Shown here: one piece after another, positions 55,822-64,000 of the stretch
Numbering within the stretch: the stretch's first letter is position 1
Layout: each line of letters starts with the position of its first letter
Source of the DNA: the human T2T-CHM13v2.0 reference genome, Homo sapiens
Strand: one strand, 5' to 3'
NCBI RefSeq assembly: GCF_009914755.1
Contig: NC_060925.1
DNA length: 64,000 nucleotides
The notes under the pieces: model-generated
Told to the model about the DNA's origin: nothing
Database searches by the model: none
What the model saw: only the letters and a program-made list of their open reading frames with translations
Translations under genes and position numbers: made by a program

Positions 55822-56193
55822 TGATATGACTTGACTCTGTGTCCCCACCCAAATCTCTGGATTGTAATCTGAATTATAATCCCCAGGTGCAGAGGGAGGG
55901 ACCTGGTGGGAGGTGATTGGATCATGGGGCAGTTTCCCCCATGCTGTTGTTGTGATAGCGAGTGAATTCTCATGAAATCTGATGGTTCTATAAATGGCAG
56001 TTTCCCATTCTTTCCTCCTTCCTGCCGCCTGGTGAAGAAGGTGCCTGCCTCTCCTTCACCTTCTGCCATGATTGTAAGTTTGCTGAGGTCTTCCCAGCCA
56101 TGTGGAACTGTGAGTCAATTAAACCTCCTTTCTTTATAAATTACCCAGGCTCAGGTGGTATTCTTTATAGCAGTGTGAAAATGGACTAATATA
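55822..56193 (+). mobile_element. THE1 (THE1C/D-like) MaLR solo LTR
   Basis: TGATATG..TGACTCTGTGTCCCCACCCAAATCTC...GGAACTGTGAGTCAATTAAACCTC...GGACTAATATA. 5-bp TSD GTTA(A/G). Inserted at the 3' end of a MIR. Confidence 0.92.
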
Positions 56194-56539
56194 GTTAGTT
56201 TATTATTATTTTTTATTCCACCTCAGCATATTTCATTATTCATTTATAAGGCGATATTTCTAAATACTTGTGTTAAGACTTTTTTGTCCTAAGCATGGAC
56301 TTAAAAAAATGAACTTTTTTTCATCTTATGGTGCTATTAATGAGCTAATAGAAGATATTATGTATAATTTTAAAGGGCAAGTGAAATCTTCCCAGCCCTG
56401 CTTCCCTACTCAGGGACTTTGGCAGTCGGGTCATGCATTTTCCTTTGCTTCCAAAATACCCATTGGATCATAACTATTTCCCACTTCTACCCGTACTATG
56501 CTGCGGGAAGCTTGAGGGTATAGCTTAGTCCTGTTCATC

Positions 56540-56980
56540 TTTTTGTTTTTTTATTTTTTTGTTAACTCTTCAGCTAAGACAGAGTAAGAGGTAATTTATC
56601 GTATGGCTCTTTCACTCAGCCACAAGTGAACACAGAAATAGTCCAGAATGTCACAGGTCTGGGGCAAAGGACCAACATGGACAGTTTTTGTTATGAGCAA
56701 GGTGAGCCTCAGAGGTAGTCTCGGTGATCAGATGACGATGAAGTTCTAGATCCATTGAGAGAAGCTCTAGATCCATGCAGTTCAACAACTTGTACCAGCA
56801 TTTCCAGCCTCTGCCATTCCATGTTTCTACTCCTGCGGCCTCCACTGGTGCACAGACTAGTGATTTACTTGAACCTTTGCCTCATCTTTCTTTTGCGCTT
56901 CAGCCTGCACATTCACTTCTTCCTCCACTTGGCTCTCATGGCACAGAGGTTTCCAAGAAGATGGCGCTAAGGCTGAGACC
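56540..56980 (-). pseudogene. RPL41: RPL41 processed pseudogene
   Basis: Minus strand 56939-56865 translates [23 protein letters not shown], versus RPL41 [25 protein letters not shown]. Intronless, with 5' and 3' UTRs, a poly(A) remnant (T-tract 56540-56560) and TSD TCATCTTTTT. The symbol given is the parent gene. Confidence 0.96.
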
Positions 56981-57142
56981 TCATCTTTTTATTGTCAGTT
57001 CTAAGCATTCAGTAGCTGGCACACAGTAAATGTTTCACACTTATTTATTGTTGAATGAGTGAATGTAGCATCTTCAGATTTATGTTCTGTCCTCTCCTAC
57101 CTACCTGCCCTGTTACCATAATCCCCAACTTCTTTCTACTAT

Positions 57143-57266
57143 TGTGTGTGTATGTGTGTATTTATATACGTGTATATATACGTATATATACGTGTGCATA
57201 TATGTACACGTATATATATATACGTGTGTATATATGTACACGTATATATATATACGTGTATATATA
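57143..57266. repeat. Alternating purine-pyrimidine (TA/CG/TG) simple repeat
   Basis: Directly visible. Contains perfect palindromes at 57206-57227 and 57237-57260. Confidence 0.95.
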
Positions 57267-57699
57267 TTTTATTTTTCTGGACTGAGTCTTCATTCTTAAC
57301 TTTAATAAACCATTGAGTTTAAAACAAACATATAAACTCTCAAATGCAGCCAGACTGGTGGATTACATAGAGACTATAAAAGGAATGAGTAAGCAAAAAT
57401 TAGAAGTGCTCAATACTACAGAGGGAGAAGGTACTTTTGAGTATAGACACACAGTGCTAACTCTTTAAGTAGCTCTAAACCTACAGAGATGGGACAAAGG
57501 GGGCAGTTGAGAGCTTCAGCTTTGTAGGTAGACAAACCTGGAGTTGAATGAGGGTACTGCCCTCTCTAGGCTTCTCCTTCACCACTAGTAAAATGAAAGA
57601 GATAACCAGTGCAGGACCAAGTGAGATCATTGTTGTCCAGTGTTTGCCACATTGAGAGGTCCCGATAAGAATTAACTATAGAGTGAGGCTGTGAAGGGT

Positions 57700-58010
57700 C
57701 AACACACACAATCATGTCACTGCAAATAATTACTATTTTATTTTTTCCTTTCCAATTGCAATGCATTTTAATTATTTTTCTGACATTAACAGTATATGGC
57801 ACAGACCAGTACAATGTTGAATAGAAATGATAACGTTCAGTGTTTTTCCACTTAATATGATTAGTTTTAATTTGTTTGTGGATACTTATTATCAGAGTGA
57901 GGACATTCCCTTGTATTCCTAGTGTGCTGTGAGTTTTTATCATAAGAGGGAGCAGTATTTTGTCATATCCATTTTATGCATTGATTGAAATAATCATACT
58001 GCTTTTCTCT
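57700..58010 (-). mobile_element. Old L1M ORF2 (RT region) fragment
   Basis: Minus ORF MIKTHSTLGIQGNVLTLI...CSDMIVCVD resembles L1 ORF2 MIKTL.KLGI.G.FLNLI...ADDMIVY. Confidence 0.8.
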
Positions 58011-58999
58011 TCATTCATCTTCACCCCAACGAGGAGAAATGGTTTCTTAAGAACATCCCATGCACTTTATTTCAAATCTGTGATCATAGAGCGTTTGCTC
58101 TCATGAGGGGAACTGACAACTAGGAGGAAGTGCCCCATTCCTCAACACCAACTCTGGGAAGTGGTGGGAAATCTCTCCTTGTCTATGTGAATGTGTTTGC
58201 CTTCTGGTTTACCAATCATTTTTATAAGACATTTCTTACTTGAGACTTTAACTTGAACTGACTGAGTTCAGGAGGAGACCCTGGACCTGTGGTGACTTTC
58301 CCTCACCTCTCCCTCCAAACACACACACAAGATGCAGCCACCTAGGGAGAATTTGTCAGAGACAGCCAAGCATCTCTCGCCGTGTAAAGAGCAACAGCAG
58401 TCATTTTCATCATGACCATCATCATCATGATAGGTTAATAGGGCACTTGTGCATTAAGGACAAATGTGAGTCATAAATATAAGAATAATAATTTAAAAGA
58501 AATAAGATCATTCATTTTAACTCTATTCTCCACTGTCCTTTGCTTTGCTGAAATTATACAACCCATCAAGCAGCAGACAGACACCCAATTGAATGTGGTT
58601 ACCAGAAACACTCCCTGCCTTTGCTTTGTGATTGGTTGAGTGTCTCCTGAGGGCCAGGAGCTTTTTAAGCAGCTGGTGCAAATGGATGCCTTTCTGAAAT
58701 TAACCAGTTGATGAATGTCACAGCCATCAGGCTTCCCTCCAGTGTTGGACCAGACAGTGCTCAAGCTGCTTGCTTCCCTCACAGCCTCCAGGGTCCATGA
58801 CTGAGGGGAAGATGAATGGTCCAGGGGATGGGTGGGCAACCAGTTCAAAGCCAACTGCAGAATGCTCAGCCTTTGAGGACTGATATTTCTCTCTCTTATG
58901 CATCCTTGTATCTATGTGTGGCCTTTGCCATGTCCAAAATTTCTCGATGTTTGTTTAGGACTGAGGTCCTCTGAGGAGGGGTTTATGTATGTGGTATAA

Positions 59000-59205
59000 A
59001 GACCCAGACTTGACCCTGGCTCAGGTGCTTACAAACTGTGGAAACGTGGGCATGTTATTACCCACTCTGAGTTTCACTTTCCTCAACTGTATAAGGAGAA
59101 AATAAGACCTGCTTCACATGAGCATTAAATGATACATGAAGCCTGTTTCAGAGCCACTGGAATATATTGGGCACTCAGTAAATGGTAGGTAGGGTATTAT
59201 TATTA
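59000..59205 (+). mobile_element. MIR
   Basis: CTCTGAGTTTCACTTTCCTCAACTGTATAAGG...ATTAAATGATACATGAA...CACTCAGTAAATGGTAG. Confidence 0.7.
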
Positions 59206-60549
59206 CTATCCTTACTACTGTTATGGAAGGAACCAAGAAGGTCAACTGAATCCAGATATCACAGACCATAAATGCTGTTATCAGAGACTTACTTCTTTGG
59301 GTTCTTCTCCCGGTGGATCCTCTTTTAAAAAACAGATATGGATTTTGCATATACTGAGGTGTTAGTAACATACATTACTAACCCATCTAAGTACTTTCAT
59401 CTTGACCTGAAAGAGGCAAGGGGTTATCAGACTACATTTCCTTTCATCGTGATTTTTCCCACAGTTGGACCCATATCCAAAGGCCACTAAGCTGAGTCTA
59501 GTAACTGTGAGTTGCTCTAGTTAGCATTGGGAATGGAACCTACACTCACAAATGCTTTATGGTCCTGGTTGTTTCTGTCCTGACAGAGTACTGGGGTGGG
59601 ACCAGGAGGCTGGGCTGGTCCTAGCTCTGTCACTGTCTAGGTGGCTTTGGCCAGGGTCTCTCTTTGGATGTCAGTCTCTTCATCTGCAAAATGGAAGGGT
59701 TGCATTTTATTGGTGATTTCCAAGTGGTGAACAGGGAAACTGCCCTTTGACAAACACCAGGAGTGAGGAAGAAAAGGGGTTAGAAGAGAGACAGAGAAGA
59801 GCCAGATCACAGTTGCTGAAGGGGAAAGGGCAGGGGTAGAAAATCTGTTTGAGAAGAGTAATTCCTGCTTCCCAAAGGACCAGCACTTGGGAAACTAGAC
59901 TAAATATCTCTGAGGCCATGGGAATGTACAGCCCACTTCGGGTTAGGCAAAACTGTATATGTAACCTAAAGAGGCAAGGGTTTACATAAGGCTAAACAGC
60001 CACCCAGAAGGGAATTAGATTTCAAAGCCTCTGCGTTCTGGCCCACTGCTTAGCCACATGCTGCACCTGTTTCCCTTTTCCTTTTTACTAACATGGGCTC
60101 TCCCTCTAACACCTACTGACCATTAATTAATGGCCAACAAATCAGTTGAGACACTGTACTAAGTACTTACTGTTCACAGTATCAGAATTTATGCAATAAA
60201 TTGTATTCTTCTTAGGGGTTGTTAGCATATCCGAAGGCCAATTGTGGAGCCTGGCAAGGTGATCTTTTAAGTGTCTGCTTAAAATTCTATCCACAAGGTT
60301 CTGTTGCCTAGAAAATTCTTAATGAGAAGAGTTAAATAAGTAGTTGATCAACGCAGGCACAGTTTTAGGAACACTAATGGACATCAGCTGGTTGGTGGAC
60401 ATTAGTTAGGGCAGGTAGGTCCACCTAAGACTCTCCTCGATTTATTCCTTTGGCTCTTGACTCTTGCCATGCTGCAGTTATGAAGTGCTTTGAGCCTCTC
60501 CTCGGTCCGATTCCTCTACATGTTGGTCTGTGATGTGAGAGCAGGAGTC

Positions 60550-60745
60550 ATGGAATTAGAAAACCTGGTTCTTGTGCTCACTTGCTGCCTACCTGCTGTG
60601 TAATATTGGGCAGCTGTATACTCTCTCTGAGGCTTAGCTGCCTCATCTGCAAAACAGGCAATAACAACAACCTCCCAGACTGGTTGTGACTATCAACCAA
60701 GGTCACTGGCAGGAATAAACATATTGCAAACTGTAGGGCTCTGTG
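60550..60745 (+). mobile_element. MIR
   Basis: TTGGGCAGCTG...CTCTCTGAGGCTTAGCTGCCTCATCTGCAAAACAGG. Confidence 0.65.
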
Positions 60746-60807
60746 AAACTGTGAGCTCCTTGAGGCCTGGTCAGTGACTCTGTTTTTTGTTGTATATAAT
60801 ATTTAAT

Positions 60808-60977
60808 GCAGTAGTTCTCAACTACATAAGAATCATCCAGAGAGCTTTTAAAAAATACAAAGGCCTGGGCTGCACTCCCAGATATTCTTACTTAATTGTT
60901 TTAGGGTGGAGCTGCGGCATTGGTATTTTTAAAAGTTCCCAGGTGATTCCAATGTGCAGTCAGAGTCAAAAATTACA
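60808..60977. mobile_element. MER5A1-like (hAT-Charlie)
   Basis: CAGTAGTTCTCAAC...AGAATCATC..GAGCTTTTAAAAAATAC...GGTATTTTTAAAAGTTCCCAGGTGATTCCAATGTGCAG. Confidence 0.8.
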
Positions 60978-61592
60978 TTTGGCTCTTTGCTGGAGGCTCA
61001 GTTCTGTTGGATGAATGAATGATTCTAATTATGACTTCCTCTCTCCTTTCCCTGGAGGAGTGTGCTTTGTCCTGGATGGAAAGATGTTTCCTGTGTCAGG
61101 CTTTATTCAGGCGCCTGGCTATTTCTAGAACTGCTTTGGAAGAGCATCTGGACATTCATGTTCAGAAGATGCTCACAATGACAAACATGCTGGTGGGCAG
61201 CACCTCAAGGGGCCAGATGGGGCGGCCCTGCAGTTGCTGAACGTGGCCACTGGGCTAGTTAGTATTTCTAAGTGGCAGTGTGCCAGGCCTTGGGTAGGCG
61301 GAAGGGAGCTGGGATTCCCTGGCCTCCCTCCTACTTCCCACCAATTAGGTCAGGTCAGCCTTTGGCTGTGTTAAATGCTTTAGGAAGTTCCTGGACCCTT
61401 TCCTATTGTTTACCTTGTGAAGACATTTCAGTCAGAGTTTTTTAATAGAACAGTGGAACATGAAATTAATTTTCTGGGCAAGCTGGTAGTGAGGTATACT
61501 GGTGTTACAAATCTAACTTTAGATTTTTTACTTCAGCTTTTGACTGTACTTCCTTTCAGGAAGAATTCTTTTATGGAATTCAACCAGCCCTA

Positions 61593-61596
<4 letters not shown>

Positions 61597-61637
<41 letters not shown>
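61597..61637. repeat. (TG)20 microsatellite
   Basis: Directly visible. Confidence 0.98.
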
Positions 61638-61638
<1 letters not shown>

Positions 61639-61864
61639 CTCCTTCATCCACCAAACACACCATGTTTTGATGCATCTGATTTACCATATACAGTTGTGGC
61701 AGGAATTTCTTCTTCCCACCTCCCCAGGCCAGTGTGAGCTTCCCCTGAAGCCATCTTGGATCCCCTCAGTTAGGGGCCGCTGCTCAGAATTCCCAGCAGC
61801 CTTCCTGTTGCAGCACTTCCCACGTCCTCAATCCTTACACCTCCAGGAATAGGGCACAGGCAGT

Positions 61865-62060
61865 GCTGTGAAAGCTCAGGCAGAGCTGGGCTTAAACTCC
61901 AGAGCTTCTCCGTATTTTCTGAAAGACCTTGGACAAGTTATTTAACTTTTCGGAGACTCAATTTTCTCATCTCTAAAATCATGAGGGACTGTTGATGAAT
62001 CCTTAAGGACTAATAATCACTGGCGTGACTATCGTGAGAATCCAAGAGGTAAGATAAATA
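61865..62060 (+). mobile_element. MIR
   Basis: GACCTTGGACAAGTTATTTAACTTTTCGGAGACTCAATTTTCTCATCTCTAAAAT. Confidence 0.7.
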
Positions 62061-62870
62061 AAGTTACAGGGAAAAGCCTGGCATGAAATTGTTGTTTCTT
62101 GCTGAGGGTAGGATTCGTGTGTGTCCTCCCCAAATGCCCAGGTCCCTCCTTCAATGGGCACTCAACAAATATCCACTGAATGGGGGTGCATGAAAGGACA
62201 TGCTGGGAATCTAAACCTTAGGACAGAGCAAGGAAGCCCCTTTCCTTTCCATGCCTCCTTGTTCAACTAAAGCTATATGTACCTCCTATGGTTGTATTTA
62301 TTTGTTGTGTCTTTTAAAGCAATATAGTTCTCTTTATGTGTACTCCAACATGCAGCAAAGTATTGTAACCAGACTGCATCATTTGAGTTCATTCCTGAAA
62401 GTTGCTTCTTGAGGTTGAGCCATCTTAGAGAAGAACCTGGCCTCAGCAGAAAGAGGTGAAGGCCACAGCATTGGCTGAGTGTTCACTAAGTGCCGGGCCC
62501 CTCAACTATGACAGTGTACCAACAGAACACATGGCACGGCAGAAGCACTCATCACCCATAAAACAGATCAAGATGCTGAAGTTCAGAGAAGTTAGGAAGT
62601 TTCACTGAGCACCCAAGATAAGACACAGCAAAATGGGATTCTTGGCTCTAAAACCCATATACTTTCCATTATATCACACTGAATTTTGCATCAGAGGAAC
62701 TGTGGTGGAATTGTGACTTTGTCACTAACCAGCCGGGAGGCCTTGGGAGAGCCACTTAATATTTCTGAGGCTCTAATTTCCTCAACCTACAGGGAGGGTT
62801 GGACCACTAGGCGATGGCGCGGTTCTCAAATTCGGTTTCAGTGGCTGTCTGTACCAGCCACTGCTAGTGT

Positions 62871-62890
62871 CTGCAGCCCTCTAGTGGTGC
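62871..62890 (-). promoter_or_regulatory. Candidate CTCF site
   Basis: Reverse complement GCACCACTAGAGGGCTGCAG matches the CTCF core CCAC(T/C)AG(A/G)(G/T)GGC. Confidence 0.55.
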
Positions 62891-63589
62891 TTTGCAGGAA
62901 CCAAGTGGTACCTAACCTTTCCAGGGCAGTTATTCACAAAGCGTTGATGCAGACTGCCAGGGCACCTGGGGCCTCAATGCCTGTTCACATTCACTGACCA
63001 TGAATTAAAGACAAGCAGGGCTCAGAGGAGCCCTGGAGATAGACGTGAGCCTCATTGGTCCTCAGAGGGATTATTATTTTTAAAACTTTGCTTTCTGTTT
63101 GTTCTATACCATGCCTAGGACTCTCACTCACCTTTGAATGATAAAGAATGAACCCTCCCCATAGATTAAAATTGTAATTTTAAATTTAGTCATGGTATGT
63201 GCATGTACCTGACTTTGTTCATATCCCACAGCCCTAATATAATCAGGCCATCTTGGCGGCAACAGGATTGCTGAAGGGATGCTGTGTTGTGGACCAGCAC
63301 ATCGGGTTTAAGCCCTGGTAATGCTAGGCATTGACACCACTGGGTCTCTCACCTCTCTGCACCCCAAACTTATCATGGGTAAATGAGGGGTTTGGTGGAA
63401 GAGGCCTTGCAACTCTGTCTTATGCATGTGCATGGAGCTGATTCTTTAGAATGGCAGAGTTTTACCATTCCATTCAGTCTTTGAGATTTTTGCTGATGGG
63501 AACATGCCTTTCAGTGAAGCTGGGACAGAGGGGTTAGGAAAAGATATTATCTAGAGCTTAAGGTAGAGTAAGGTGAACAAGCATGGCCT

Positions 63590-63950
63590 TAGGAGCCACC
63601 TACATGCTGACAATTCTTACACATATGACCTGGGCCTCTTCCCTGAGATCCAGACTTAGTATCTACCTGTCTGCTCCATTTGGAAATCTAACAGCTATTT
63701 CAAACTTAACATGGCCAAATAGAGCTATTTATTCCCCATTCCTCCTAGGTCTATTCCCCAACCCTGGCCTTTCCCACCTTAGTGAATGGTACCACTATCT
63801 ACCTAGTTGCTCTAGGAGCCCTATTTACTTTTCTTCTTTCAGTTATATCCCCATGTCTAGGTCTTCCAAAAACCCCTTCGCTCTACCTATAAAATATATC
63901 TCAAAGCTGACAATTTCTTCCATCTCTACTGTCTGCTACTGTAACACCTT
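63590..63950 (+). mobile_element. L2 remnant
   Basis: CCCTGAGATCCAGACT...TTCAAACTTAACATGGCCAAA...TTAGTGAATGGTACCACTATCTACCTAGTTGCTC. Confidence 0.75.
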
Positions 63951-64000
63951 ACTCTCTTTCCACCTGGATGACATGACAGCCATAGCCTCTTTTTTTTTTT

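Noticed and set aside
57566-57943. 125-aa ORF
   Set aside because: Decayed L1 ORF2 fragment with frameshifts and deletions

Overview
This is primate genomic DNA, almost certainly human. It carries about 24 Alu elements or fragments (J, S and Y types), many MIR and L2 remnants, several ERV/MaLR solo LTRs and hAT DNA transposon fossils, with very little L1. I find no credible protein-coding exon: the ORF track is explained by Alu, LTR12, L1 and low-complexity sequence. The main non-repeat structure is a promoter-like region at about 15.0-17.2 kb, centred on an (AC)17(TC)19 microsatellite. It has strong 5' splice sites pointing away in both directions: a uORF-rich non-coding first exon on the minus strand ending AAG|GTAAGA at 16428, and a short plus-strand exon ending GAG|GTGAGT at 17095. 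I could not identify the host gene. Other clear features are an RPL41 processed pseudogene (56.5-57.0 kb, minus) and an LTR12 (ERV9) solo LTR at 39.9-40.6 kb. The LTR has six CCAAT boxes, a GC box, a canonical TATA, a mutated poly(A) signal and a splice donor at its 3' junction, 3 kb upstream of a strong candidate exon. I see no evidence of a new biological system. The best leads are candidate non-coding transcripts and unusual retroposon structures. Repeat subfamily calls come from recalled consensus sequences, and old-repeat boundaries are approximate.
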